Source: an uncultured Chlamydia sp.
Lineage (GTDB): Bacteria > Chlamydiota > Chlamydiia > Chlamydiales > Simkaniaceae
NCBI GenBank assembly: GCA_946127115.1
Contig: CAMGYI010000001.1
Location: 662,857-726,856 of the forward strand
Length of the DNA stretch: 64,000 nucleotides
Reading direction: 5' to 3'
This document shows, piece by piece, positions 1-9,583 of this stretch. The notes beneath the pieces were generated by a model that did not search any database, was not told the DNA's origin, and saw only the letters and a list, made by a program, of their open reading frames with translations. Position 1 is the stretch's first letter. Each line of letters starts with the position of its first letter. Made by a program: the position numbers and the translations under genes.

Positions 1-1
1 A

Positions 2-1873
2 AATCCCGATGGAACCCTCAATGAGAATGGACTAGAGTATGAGGGACTCTCGATGGAAGAAGCTCGTCTCCACATCGTAAGGCGAATGGAAAAGCTCGGC
101 TACCTGGATAAGATCGTTCCTTACACTCATAGAGTTGGTGTCTCGTACCGTTCAAAGGCAATTATTGAACCATTCCTATCAAAACAGTGGTTCATCAAAA
201 TGGACCCATTTAAGGAAAAACTGAGCGATGCTGTAAAATCTGGAAAAGTCAAAATCATTCCCAAAAACTGGGAAAACACCTATTTTCATTGGATTAACAA
301 TCTTCGCGACTGGTGTATTTCAAGGCAGCTTTGGTGGGGACATCGTATTCCTATCTGGTATCACGAGTCTGGAAAAATACTTTGCTATGAGAAGGAAGGA
401 AAGCCCCCTGAAGTTGAAAAAGATCCTAAGGGATGGCACCAAGATCCCGATGTTTTAGATACATGGTTTTCGTCATCTCTTTGGCCCTTTAGCTCTCTTG
501 GCTGGCCCCACAAGACAAATGAGCTGAAAAAATTCTATCCCAACACAACGCTGATTACAGGACATGACATTCTTTTTTTCTGGGTGGCCCGGATGATCAT
601 GATGGGAGAATATGTCACCGGAAAAGTCCCTTTTTCTGAGACCTCTCTACAAGGGCTTATTTTTGGAAAGTCCTTCTGGAAAGAAAACAAAAATGGCGGG
701 ATCACCTACCTTTTGGAAAAAGAGGCCAAAACGGAAAAAAATGTCCTCTCTAAATGGGAAAAGATGTCAAAATCAAAGGGAAATGTGATTGACCCGATTG
801 AGATTATTGACACTTATGGAGCAGATGCAATGCGGATGGCACTTGCTGCAAGCGCCACTCATTCCCCTCAAATCGATCTCGATCGCCGTCGTTTCGAGGA
901 GTTTAAGAATTTCACGAATAAGGTGTGGAATGGTTCGCGCTTTGTCCTAATGAATCTTAACCTTTCTTCTGAAGATTTTGAAAAAGGGTTAGGTCCGCTG
1001 ACATTGGATGATGAATGGATCCTTTCAATTTTAAACCGTACTATTGAAGAAATGAATACCCACCTCAAAGGATACCACTTCGATCGAGCAGCGATGCGAT
1101 CCTATAGCTTCTTCTGGAATGAATTTTGCGCATACTATGTGGAAATGGCCAAGCCAACCCTTTTTGGAAAGGGTGGAGACACCATCAACAAGCAACGGGT
1201 ATTAATAATTGTCCTGCTTGCTTCTATCCGTTTAATGCATCCAATTACCCCCTTTATTACCGAGGAAATCTTTCAAAAATTAAAAGAACATTTTCCTCAT
1301 CTCAAAGAATCAAAAGCTGACCCCTATACAGCGGAGGCAATTAAAGCCTTGAAATCTCCAGCTTGTATCAACGCTCCCTATCCAAAAGTCATTGATAAAA
1401 AGGCGATTAATCCAGAAATTGAAATGTCCTTTGCTTTTCTCAATGAAATTGTCTACGCCATCCGCAATATTCGGGCTGAGATGCAACTCCCTCCATCAGC
1501 TGCAACCGATGTGATCTTAGAAGGAGAAACTCAGGATATCGAACCTCACAGCGCAATTATTTCTTCTTTAGTCCACGTCAGTGCGCTCTCCTTTAATCCG
1601 ATAGAAAGACCTTTAGGATTCGCCTCTTCAGCTCTTGTAAGAGAGATAAAAATCACCATTCCTCTTCCAAGTAAGCTTATTGAAAGAGAAAGGGATCGTC
1701 TCAAAAAAGAGCAAGAAAAACTGAAAAGACAAATTACTTCCCTTGAAAAGCAACTTTCAAACCCCAATTTTGTCGAGAGAGCCCCACCAGAGCTTGTCGA
1801 AAAAATAAAAGCATCTCTTAAAGAAACACACGAAAAATTAAATACTTCAGAGATTAAATTATCAGACCTCTAA
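2..1873 (+). CDS. valS: Valyl-tRNA synthetase, C-terminal ~620 aa (5' end lies upstream of the window)
   Basis: The frame is open from nt 2, with no stop before the ORF-track Met at 53. It has the class-I KMSKS loop 'KMSKSKGN', an anticodon-binding region and the C-terminal coiled-coil tail (RDRLKKEQEKLKRQITSLEKQLSN) typical of ValRS. TAA at 1871-1873. Confidence 0.9.
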   Translation, partial: NPDGTLNENGLEYEGLSMEEARLHIVRRMEKLGYLDKIVPYTHRVGVSYRSKAIIEPFLSKQWFIKMDPFKEKLSDAVKSGKVKIIPKNWENTYFHWINNLRDWCISRQLWWGHRIPIWYHESGKILCYEKEGKPPEVEKDPKGWHQDPDVLDTWFSSSLWPFSSLGWPHKTNELKKFYPNTTLITGHDILFFWVARMIMMGEYVTGKVPFSETSLQGLIFGKSFWKENKNGGITYLLEKEAKTEKNVLSKWEKMSKSKGNVIDPIEIIDTYGADAMRMALAASATHSPQIDLDRRRFEEFKNFTNKVWNGSRFVLMNLNLSSEDFEKGLGPLTLDDEWILSILNRTIEEMNTHLKGYHFDRAAMRSYSFFWNEFCAYYVEMAKPTLFGKGGDTINKQRVLIIVLLASIRLMHPITPFITEEIFQKLKEHFPHLKESKADPYTAEAIKALKSPACINAPYPKVIDKKAINPEIEMSFAFLNEIVYAIRNIRAEMQLPPSAATDVILEGETQDIEPHSAIISSLVHVSALSFNPIERPLGFASSALVREIKITIPLPSKLIERERDRLKKEQEKLKRQITSLEKQLSNPNFVERAPPELVEKIKASLKETHEKLNTSEIKLSDL

Positions 1874-2178
1874 TACATTTTTCTATTGAAAATCAGTAGT
1901 TGATTAGCGCTCTGGCGTCTTATCATGAGCCAAATTATTTAACGCAAATTCGATTTCGAAATATCACATAATTAGACACTCAAATGGAAGTCTCCCGATG
2001 TTAATAGACAGTTTTTTCTCTTGTAAAGAGTAGGCTGTTAGTACATCATGAAAAAGAAATGCAAAAATGACTGTGCGGATTCTTAGAACAAGAAAACCTT
2101 AGACACCTTGGGCTCCCATTAGATAGAGAAGATGATTGCTAAAAAACCCTTAATGCTATTCCTCAATAAGGAGGTGTT

Positions 2179-3066
2179 ATGAAAACACTTTTGAAGTTTC
2201 TAACTATTTGTGTTTACATAGTTTCTTCTAGCACTTATGCCATTAATAAAGAAGAAGTTATGAATTACACCGTTAGTCACAAGTATCAAGCAAAGAGTTG
2301 CGATTACAGAATCAAGTTTTTAGTTCTGCATTACACTGTCGGTGACTTTGAAAGATCGCTAGAAGAATTAACCCGGGGACCCGTTAGCTCGCACTATTTA
2401 GTTCCTCAAACAAAAACCGGCTATGAAAACGTCGCTTTTCAATTGGTTGATGAATCTCTACGAGCTTGGACTGAAGGCGTTAGTTTTTGGGGAAAAAGAA
2501 CCAACATCAATGATACTGCAATTGGAATTGAAATTGTGAATGGCAGTTATAAAGAGGAAAAAGGGGAAAAGCAATTTTTCCCTTACACAGAGGAACAGAT
2601 AGAAATTATTATTGGCCTCTGTAAAGATATTATAGACCGTTACAAAATAGAGCCTACAAAGGTCCTAGGTCATGGCGATGTTGCTCCGGGACGAAAAGTC
2701 GACCCAGGACCTCTATTTCCCTGGGAAAGGTTATACAAAGCAGGCATTGGAGCATGGCCTGATTCTGAAGACATCGAAGCATTTAAAAAAGAATTACCCG
2801 AAGCATTCGATATTCAAGCAGTACAGAAAGACTTAGCAAAATACGGGTATGATGTAAATACAGACGGAGATTTCTCGGATAAAACTCAAAATGTACTAAG
2901 TGCTTTTCAGATGCATTTTCGTCCGTCAAACTACGATGGAATAATTGACAAAGAAACAGTAGCGATCTTAAAATCTCTACTCAAAAAATACTATAATATC
3001 AATTACCCGCTTACGAATACTCATCTAAAGTCCCGCGGGCTAATTCCAAACTCTCTAGCAAAGTGA
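2179..3066 (+). CDS. Secreted N-acetylmuramoyl-L-alanine amidase, Amidase_2 (AmpD/AmiD) type, with a C-terminal peptidoglycan-binding domain
   Basis: AAGGAGG lies 5 nt upstream of the ATG and the N-terminus is a signal peptide. Amidase_2 signatures are 'LVLHYT', 'SSHYLV', 'AIGIEIVN' and 'GHGDVAPGRKVDPGPLFPW'. The tail 'IQAVQKDLAKYGYDVNTDGDFSDKTQNVLSAFQ' looks like PG_binding_1. Confidence 0.85.
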   Translation: MKTLLKFLTICVYIVSSSTYAINKEEVMNYTVSHKYQAKSCDYRIKFLVLHYTVGDFERSLEELTRGPVSSHYLVPQTKTGYENVAFQLVDESLRAWTEGVSFWGKRTNINDTAIGIEIVNGSYKEEKGEKQFFPYTEEQIEIIIGLCKDIIDRYKIEPTKVLGHGDVAPGRKVDPGPLFPWERLYKAGIGAWPDSEDIEAFKKELPEAFDIQAVQKDLAKYGYDVNTDGDFSDKTQNVLSAFQMHFRPSNYDGIIDKETVAILKSLLKKYYNINYPLTNTHLKSRGLIPNSLAK

Positions 3067-3095
3067 CTTTTTTCCTTAATCAAACCAAAGACTAA

Positions 3096-3404
3096 ACAGT
3101 AAGAACTATCACAAAAAAAGAAATCGTTAAAACCATATCTCATAGAAATGGGATGGATTTCAAAGATGTGAAGATAATTATTGAAGAGTTTTTAGCCTAA
3201 GTTAGCTCCAATCTAGAAGTAGGAAACCGCTTCGAGCTTAGAGATTTTGGAATCTTTGAAGTTATCCAGAGAAAAGCCAAGGTCGTTAGGAACCCCAAAT
3301 CTCCTGAAACCACCATCCCTATTCCCTCTAAGAAAGCGGTCAAATTCCCTTTGGATAGGGAAAATGAGGTTATCCGTCTCCGATTAGGAAGCAATCTTTC
3401 TTAG
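3096..3404 (+). pseudogene. IHF/HU-family DNA-binding protein gene (chlamydial himD-like) lacking an ATG and interrupted by an in-frame TAA
   Basis: The + frame reads TVRTITKKEIVKTISHRNGMDFKDVKIIIEEFLA*VSSNLEVGNRFELRDFGIFEVIQRKAKVVRNPKSPETTIPIPSKKAVKF... This matches the HU/IHF beta-arm signature (R-D/G-FG-x-F..R.ar.gRNP.t.e.i.ip....v.F). ATC (3108-3110) sits where the homologous Met is expected. TAA at 3198-3200, terminal TAG at 3402-3404. Confidence 0.7.
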
Positions 3405-3453
3405 TGGAACAAAATACGCCAATAAATTAAAAAGGTGTACGAGGTGCTAACAA

Positions 3454-3702
3454 ATGGAAAGTTACCAAATTGAGATAGGTGAAGAAACAAAAGAAACAAA
3501 GTCAATCAGTGTTATGCTTAACGGACAACCCTTCGCAACAGCAACGTATTATAAGGGCAAGATGAATTCAGAAATCCGAATATCTGAAACAGCAGATAGA
3601 AAAAGCTTCCAACTGGACCATGAATTTGTGAAAATGAACAAAAAACTCAAGAGTCTGCTATTTCGGTTTCATGAAGAAGATCGTAGGAAAACCTTTAGGT
3701 AA
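3454..3702 (+). CDS. Hypothetical small protein (82 aa)
   Basis: ORF with GAGGTG 7 nt upstream of the ATG. No recognisable motif. Confidence 0.4.
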   Translation: MESYQIEIGEETKETKSISVMLNGQPFATATYYKGKMNSEIRISETADRKSFQLDHEFVKMNKKLKSLLFRFHEEDRRKTFR

Positions 3703-3997
3703 AGGTCTTATGTGTAAATACCAAAACTTAATCTGATATTTGTGATAAATTGAACAAAAAATCACAAACCAACAAATTAGGCTTATTAGAGCTAGCCAAG
3801 GCTGTTCCCCCGTTTGGTGAAAAAGTTTGGATGGTAATGAACAAAATCTTTTCCAAATTTCTCATCCAGGAACATCTCAATCAGACCAAATATAACTCTC
3901 TTTCACTAAAGTCCAATAAAATGATTTGCAAGTTTTAGTTCTATTGCTATTTGTTAAGGTAGAGCAAGAACTAGTAGAAAAGAAGGACATGTTCTAA

Positions 3998-4546
3998 CTA
4001 TTTTTGGCAGCGAGTTTCTGCAATTTTTAGATACGAATAGAGAGCAAGATCATACTCTTGATCAGCTAGAGATTCGATCATTACCTTATGGTAATTGAGG
4101 TTTTTTCCTTGTGGAACTCTTTCATCTAACCGGGTTTCCATATGGGAAAGCTCCTTTTCAATATCCCTCTTATGAAGGAGGTAGGAAGTGTCGTACCGAT
4201 AGTGCTCATCATCAACTGAACACTTTACTAATCGACCAAGGGATGAAACAGCATCACCGATTCCTTCCTTGGTCTCACTTCCAATTTTGAAGGAGGCAAT
4301 GAATTTTTTCGCAAGATCAGCAATTTCTGGATTAGGATCCTTTTCATACTGGCGAAGGCGACCGATAAATACACTGTAGGCTCCCGCAATTTTTTCCTCG
4401 TCGATAATGCGAGATTCCTCACTCAAAATTTCAAAGACATCCCCTGTAAAACTGCAAAGATCTTGAGCTCTAGCTCTTTCTTCCATTTCACCTGCAAAGG
4501 CAAGGGCTCCAAGGGCTAAAAAAGCCAATAACCATTTTTTTATCAT
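3998..4546 (-). CDS. Hypothetical secreted protein (182 aa)
   Basis: ORF with a clear N-terminal signal peptide (MIKKWLLAFLALGALAFAGE). No recognised domain. Confidence 0.6.
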   Translation of the reverse strand: MIKKWLLAFLALGALAFAGEMEERARAQDLCSFTGDVFEILSEESRIIDEEKIAGAYSVFIGRLRQYEKDPNPEIADLAKKFIASFKIGSETKEGIGDAVSSLGRLVKCSVDDEHYRYDTSYLLHKRDIEKELSHMETRLDERVPQGKNLNYHKVMIESLADQEYDLALYSYLKIAETRCQK

Positions 4547-4745
4547 TTCTGATCCTTATTTTCTTCCGATTATAACCAATCAGGAATAGTGAATCAAGAG
4601 GGGTGATTGGTGATTAATTTTTTATTTAAATATCATGTCTCTACGAAATTAAGTAAATCATCTCTAGAAGGGATAATCACTTGACTTCTGGTCTCGGTGG
4701 ATATATTCGTGGCTTTTAAGAGTTAGCATGGAAATTAAATAGCGT

Positions 4746-6161
4746 ATGGAAAAGCATTACAATGTCATTGTCATCGGATCGGGAGGAACAACAAAACTCG
4801 TGACTCCCGTTGCCAAACTTGGCAAGAAGGTTGCCATCATCGAGAAAGGTCCCCTTGGTGGAACTTGTCTCAATAGGGGGTGCATTCCCTCAAAAATGCT
4901 TATCCATACTGCTCAGCTCGCTTCGCTGATTAGAGATGCAAAACGATTTGAGATCAACTTCAAGGGGAATTTCGATGTTGACTTTGAGCATTTGGTGAAG
5001 CGAGTCTGCAGTACTATTGATGAAGAATCAAAAACTATTGCTCCCCTTTACGAAAATAATCCGAATATTGATTACTACCCCCATGAGGGACATTTTGTTG
5101 ATAAAATGACAGTTGAAGCGGGGGGGGTTCGGCTTACGAGTGATAAGATTATCCTTGGAGTAGGAGCCCGCGCAGCAATTCCAAAAATTCCAGGTCTCGA
5201 TAAAGTCCCCTACATGACCTACCAAGAGGCTCTCCGCAACACCAAAAAACCAAAAAAATTGATTGTAATTGGAGGAGGATTTATCGCCACAGAGCTTGGA
5301 TATTTCTACTCGGCGCTCGGCGTTGAAACAGAGTTTCTAGTGAGAAGTATTTTACTTCGCTCTGAAGACGATGATGTAAGGGAAACTTTTCAGGAGGCTT
5401 TTTCTAAACAGGTGAAGCTCCGCATAGGGTGCGATTTTCAAGAAGCAATCTATGAGAATGGTCTCATAACAGTGAGCTATAAAGATAATGCAGGAACTCT
5501 TCATAAAGCTGAAGGTGATGCACTTATTGTTGCAACGGGAATTAAGTCTTGGAGCGATTCCCTAAACTTAGAAAAGACCGATATTAAGGTTGATGAAAAG
5601 GGATTTGTGAAGGTCGACAAATACCTTCAAACCACACAGAAAAATGTCTATGCTTTAGGAGACTGTGTGGGGAATTTTCTCTTCCGTCACTCAGCCAATT
5701 TCGAGGGAGAATACTTATTTCAAGCACTTTTTTACGAGAAGACGCCCCAACCGATCACTTATAAGGGAGTTCCTCACGCTGTATTCTCTTCTCCGGAGAT
5801 CGCTGGTGTTGGGAAAACGGAGCGCGAACTCAAAGAAGCAAAAATCCCCTATATCGTTGGAAAAAACACTTATGCCGCGAGCGCACGCGGAATGGCCCTC
5901 CTTCCTGAAACCGGCTTTGTCAAGCTCCTCTTCGAAAAACATACTTTAAAACTCCTTGGGGCTCATATTATTGGTGAGGAGGCTTCCAACATGGTTCACA
6001 TGCTAATTCTAGCAATCCAAATGGATGCCACCCTCCACGATCTACTTGAAATGATTTATATTCATCCAGCTCTTCCCGAGATCGTTAGAAACGCTGCTCG
6101 AAACGCTCACTTAGCGTTTTCCTTAGATTCTGATGAGACTCTCGTGCCCAATTCTCAATAG
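4746..6161 (+). CDS. Class-I pyridine-nucleotide disulfide oxidoreductase (dihydrolipoyl dehydrogenase / glutathione- or mycothione-reductase family)
   Basis: FAD fold 'VIVIGSGG', redox-active disulfide 'GGTCLNRGCIPSK', second Rossmann 'VIGGGFIATE', 'ALGDC', and the C-terminal dimerisation motif 'YIHPALPE'. Confidence 0.85.
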   Translation: MEKHYNVIVIGSGGTTKLVTPVAKLGKKVAIIEKGPLGGTCLNRGCIPSKMLIHTAQLASLIRDAKRFEINFKGNFDVDFEHLVKRVCSTIDEESKTIAPLYENNPNIDYYPHEGHFVDKMTVEAGGVRLTSDKIILGVGARAAIPKIPGLDKVPYMTYQEALRNTKKPKKLIVIGGGFIATELGYFYSALGVETEFLVRSILLRSEDDDVRETFQEAFSKQVKLRIGCDFQEAIYENGLITVSYKDNAGTLHKAEGDALIVATGIKSWSDSLNLEKTDIKVDEKGFVKVDKYLQTTQKNVYALGDCVGNFLFRHSANFEGEYLFQALFYEKTPQPITYKGVPHAVFSSPEIAGVGKTERELKEAKIPYIVGKNTYAASARGMALLPETGFVKLLFEKHTLKLLGAHIIGEEASNMVHMLILAIQMDATLHDLLEMIYIHPALPEIVRNAARNAHLAFSLDSDETLVPNSQ

Positions 6162-6309
6162 CATTATTCCCCGAATAGCGGTTCATGATATCCTTAAAAA
6201 ATTTATTTGCTTTAACGCATGTCTCAGCAATTTCCTTTTTCTCTTCATCTCTCTCTAGGGCAGGGTGATCAAAGCTACTTGAAATCCCACTAGATAATTC
6301 TACATCCAT
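6085..6309 (-). CDS. Hypothetical small protein (~74 aa), convergently overlapping the 3' end of the oxidoreductase gene
   Basis: ATG at 6309 is preceded by GGAG at 7-nt spacing. The ORF runs about 77 nt into the neighbouring gene. No homology recognised. Confidence 0.3.
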   Translation of the reverse strand: MDVELSSGISSSFDHPALERDEEKKEIAETCVKANKFFKDIMNRYSGNNAIENWARESHQNLRKTLSERFEQRF

Positions 6310-6772
6310 CAATCCACTCCTTCAATTATTAAGACCGTAGGGCGGCCTATTGCCTGTCATAATATGACAAAAGCTATTTATTATTAAGATGTAAAAAATA
6401 TTTTAATCAAATGCTTTGTATAGCTTCTTAGCGCATTTACAGAGCCTCTACAGAGGAGATCTGTTTTTTAGAAAATGTAGGCAATTACAACTGAGAATGG
6501 GAATAGCTCATTTGGGCCTGTTGCGAACCGGAGGAGTTTTTAGGAAAGATAAACAAAATAACCCCAAGAAAATGGGAAGGCTTTGTAAACGAGTCGCACT
6601 GATAAAGGCTCCAATTAGGTGTTTGAGTAATCAGGATGGTGACTCATCACTATTAGAATTGTCACCAAATATATAGCAACATATGGACCAAGGACCATCT
6701 CGGATATCAGCCAAAAAGAGGTCACGCCAAAGGTTAGGGGTTTTGCATTCATCTCTCTTAAGAGTTAGCATA

Positions 6773-7966
6773 CTACAGAATTAAGTGGAAGACTTCTAAC
6801 CCAACTACAAAGAACGAATAGGCGATCAAAAGAGAAAGAATTCCTTTATTCTCAAGCCAGGCCAAATCAGCTTTGAGTTTCCAGGTGTATTTCCCTACCC
6901 AAAGAATACCTATTGGAAGAAGACCATTGAGAAAAGCCTCCCCGAATCCTCCCGCTATTCCAAGGGCTGTCGTAAATATTCCTGGGTTCAGAGTGGCTAA
7001 AATAAGGGGAGGAATAAAAGTAAGAAGTGTCAAGAGAATACGTCTCCATCCTTTCCTTCTTACGATATTGAATCCATCTCCTAAAAAATCGACCATCGAA
7101 AAAGCAACTCCTAAAGTGGATGTCACGATCGCAAAAAAAGCAAAAAACCGTCCGATTTGGGAAAACCTCTCTTCTCCGGTTACTGAAGAAAATGCTGCTG
7201 TTATCGGCGTCCCTTCTCCCAATGTTTTTGCTATTCCCTCTTGGGGAATAGCTCCAATGATAAGCCATTGCCACACAATATAAACAACCAAGGGCAAAAA
7301 TGATCCCCAAAATACTGCCATTCGGAGTGCGCGCTTATCGCGTTTCAGATAGGTGCAAAGCGAGGGGATCACGTTGTGAAACCCAAAGGCACTGAAAAGA
7401 ACGGGCATTGCCATCAACATGGCAGGCCATTTCGTATAGATCAAGCGGGGCATTTTAACTTCAGAACTCCCACTCCCAATCAGAGCAAACCAAGCAGCAA
7501 TCATAGCAATGCTCATGATGATATTCACCCTATCAATAGACCTAGGACCAATTGCAACTACCGCGCCAAAAACCAACCCAAAAAGGGTGAACATCTTCCA
7601 GCCGCTTACGACCAAACCAAGCGCTGAAACCGCCTCAGCAAGAAGAGGACTCCCCGCCGCAAAATAGGCAATCATTAAGCAGTAGTAGAGAAAAATGAAC
7701 ATGCCTCCAGAGAATAAACGACCCCCTTTCCCAAAGAAGCGCCCTGCAATCGAGAGAACATTGCTCCCATCAGGCATCCATAGAGTGACCTCCAAAAAAA
7801 GGAGACCGGTGCAGTACATAAAAAACCACACAATAAAGGTTGCTACAATCCCAGGAATAAACCCTGAGACACCTGTGACAAGAGGAATGCCGAGCATTCC
7901 CGCTCCAATCATTGTTCCAGCGATAAGAAAAGTGCCGCTGACCACTCTTAATATATTTGTTTTCAT
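6773..7966 (-). CDS. tyrP: Aromatic amino-acid (Tyr/Trp) permease, HAAAP family
   Basis: Polytopic membrane protein of 397 aa. The N-terminal signature 'GTFLIAGTMIGAGMLGIPLVTG' is typical of TyrP/Mtr/TnaB transporters. Confidence 0.85.
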   Translation of the reverse strand: MKTNILRVVSGTFLIAGTMIGAGMLGIPLVTGVSGFIPGIVATFIVWFFMYCTGLLFLEVTLWMPDGSNVLSIAGRFFGKGGRLFSGGMFIFLYYCLMIAYFAAGSPLLAEAVSALGLVVSGWKMFTLFGLVFGAVVAIGPRSIDRVNIIMSIAMIAAWFALIGSGSSEVKMPRLIYTKWPAMLMAMPVLFSAFGFHNVIPSLCTYLKRDKRALRMAVFWGSFLPLVVYIVWQWLIIGAIPQEGIAKTLGEGTPITAAFSSVTGEERFSQIGRFFAFFAIVTSTLGVAFSMVDFLGDGFNIVRRKGWRRILLTLLTFIPPLILATLNPGIFTTALGIAGGFGEAFLNGLLPIGILWVGKYTWKLKADLAWLENKGILSLLIAYSFFVVGLEVFHLIL

Positions 7967-7976
7967 AGAATCCTTC

Positions 7977-8270
7977 CTAAATTATTGATGAATACAAGAG
8001 ACCGGTTGCCTTTAATGGCAATGATGGAAGGAAGGATGATAAGCTCGGTAAAAGGAATTCATCATGCCACGATATTATAAGAAGTATGAGACAGGTGTCA
8101 AGTTGAAAATACAAATCAAAGTTATTCCTGTATTGGGGAAGAATTTTAATGAGCGGGCCTTTGTCCCGCTCAAGCATGCTTATGAAAAATCCCCTTCCTT
8201 GATTGAGGATTTTGAGACTCAGACCTGATTTTTCTCTGACATTCACTATAAGAATTAAGTCCATTATCAC
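7977..8270 (-). pseudogene. Possible truncated nicotinamidase (pncA-like) remnant
   Basis: The 97-aa ORF lies directly downstream of the pncB remnant. It shows weak similarity to the N-terminus of isochorismatase-family nicotinamidases: 'DLILIVNV' vs 'ALLLVDLQ', 'GLSLKILNQG' vs 'GGALAVPEG', 'SWHDEF' vs 'DWHPANHxSF'. It ends 11 nt from the tyrP start, so it is far too short to be functional. Confidence 0.25.
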
Positions 8271-8287
8271 AGAACAGGATCATCTCA

Positions 8288-8967
8288 TTAAGTAAGTTCT
8301 ATTTTTAAGTTGTAAACCTCTTTTTCCAACCCCATGAAATAACTATGTGGATGAAGAAACCGCCTCACCTAAGGACAGAAAGTCGCAAATTCCGCCTCAG
8401 TATTTAAGCGAACATCAGCCAGCTTCGGCGAACCATATACTTTTTTTCCTTTTGAAAACTAGGACTGAGTAAATCGCGCCCTTTTTTACCTTTTTTAACG
8501 GAGAAACGTCTTGAGGAATTGATTAGGTCGATCAGCTAGCAAACTTCTAGAGCTCCTTTTTCAAAACCGTAAAGCATATCCGCAGTTGTTCTGAAATTTT
8601 CAGCTCATTAACCCGTTTCCCTTTTTTATTTTGAATCGCTCTGAAAACTTATAAACCCCACCAAGAGCAGGTTGATCCTTTGCTGTTCCTAACACCCTCA
8701 GAGGTCAACCCTTGCCCCTTAGAGGGCCCCATCGATTTCTTTGAGCTCGACGAAGATCAAACTCAACCGTTTTTCCCTTCTGCTGCTTCGTAAATTCTTG
8801 AGGCTTTTGCAGTCCTGCAGCAATCGCATAATTACCTTCAAAGGGACGACGACGAAGGAGCAGTAAAAATGAAGCCTGACGCTCCATCATCCCCAGCTTC
8901 CAATACCCATATGCCATTGTGAGTTCGTAAAGGTCTGTGAAAAGAGTAAGGAAGATTTATAAATCAT
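8288..8967 (-). pseudogene. pncB: Nicotinate phosphoribosyltransferase (pncB) pseudogene with an internal deletion, frameshifts and an in-frame stop
   Basis: The minus strand reads '[43 protein letters not shown]', matching the NAPRTase N-terminus (TDLYQ.TMA.GYW..G....A.F.LFFR..PF.G.YA.AAGL). About 85 codons later it jumps to the C-terminal 'PALGGVYKF'. It ends 'SPKLADVRLNTEAEFATFCP*VRRFLHPHSYFMGLEKEVYNLKIELT*', matching the C-terminal ..RRL.NPH.YPV.LS..L..LK..L. ATG 8967 overlaps the upstream TGA (ATGA) but is out of frame with the conserved block. In-frame TAG at 8369-8371. Only ~680 nt remain of a gene that normally needs about 1.4 kb. Confidence 0.65.
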
Positions 8968-9374
8968 GCTCTTGACTCAGATGATTGGTATTTAATCCCT
9001 TGTTGACCTAAAATTTCCTTTTTGCGAATTTCCAATTTGTCAATCTCCTCTTGATACCGTGCAGCAATTTCTCGGCTCGTATCAGCTTCATTCCAGTAGC
9101 GACGTGCGTCGAGCAAGTTATGAGACTGAAACTGGAGGCGATCTCCTTGGTTTTGTGCCCAAGAAGCATTGGAAAGTTCTTTGTTTCTAAGGTCAGTCAA
9201 CTTAACGACCGCTTGATCGATTGTTTCCACTTCTTGTTTCCAATTTTCCGATGGCTGTTCTTTTACAAGAGCTAGTACCTCCTCTATAAGAACAAGGCCC
9301 TTTTTGTTTAACTGAGGAAGAGTCCCATGTGCCATTCCAAACATCGATAACCCCAACACAATCCAAAATTTCAT
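8964..9374 (-). CDS. Hypothetical secreted coiled-coil protein (136 aa)
   Basis: Signal peptide MKFWIVLGLSMFGMAHG. The stop overlaps the ancestral pncB ATG (ATGA). Confidence 0.55.
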   Translation of the reverse strand: MKFWIVLGLSMFGMAHGTLPQLNKKGLVLIEEVLALVKEQPSENWKQEVETIDQAVVKLTDLRNKELSNASWAQNQGDRLQFQSHNLLDARRYWNEADTSREIAARYQEEIDKLEIRKKEILGQQGIKYQSSESRA

Positions 9375-9583
9375 CCCATCTCCATATACGATTCTTTCCC
9401 TCTATATTTACCCGATCCTTTAATTGAAGAAAAGACCTAGTGATTACACCTATCTATCTTTTAAATGGCTAACTTGACGCTGGAGCTCTTGGAATGCTGT
9501 AGCGCCACAACGACCGAGCATCCATGCCACAGTCCTTTAGGACTCTTAGAAGTTTCAGACACAATATTTGACAATATCTCAAA

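Noticed and set aside
3197-3394. 65-aa minus-strand ORF from the track
   Set aside because: It lies exactly antisense to the IHF/HU-like reading frame. That frame has clear family similarity on the + strand, so this is a shadow ORF.
6416-6676. 86-aa TTG-initiated ORF in the convergent intergenic region downstream of tyrP and the oxidoreductase gene
   Set aside because: The composition is Arg/Leu/Cys-rich and non-protein-like, the start is TTG and there is no RBS. The region contains only a modest inverted repeat (ggtgac...gtcacc) that I cannot assign to any known RNA.
9527-9545. Palindrome agtcctttaggact as a terminator for the gene ending at 9584
   Set aside because: It is a short stem with a 2-nt loop and no following U tract on the relevant strand.
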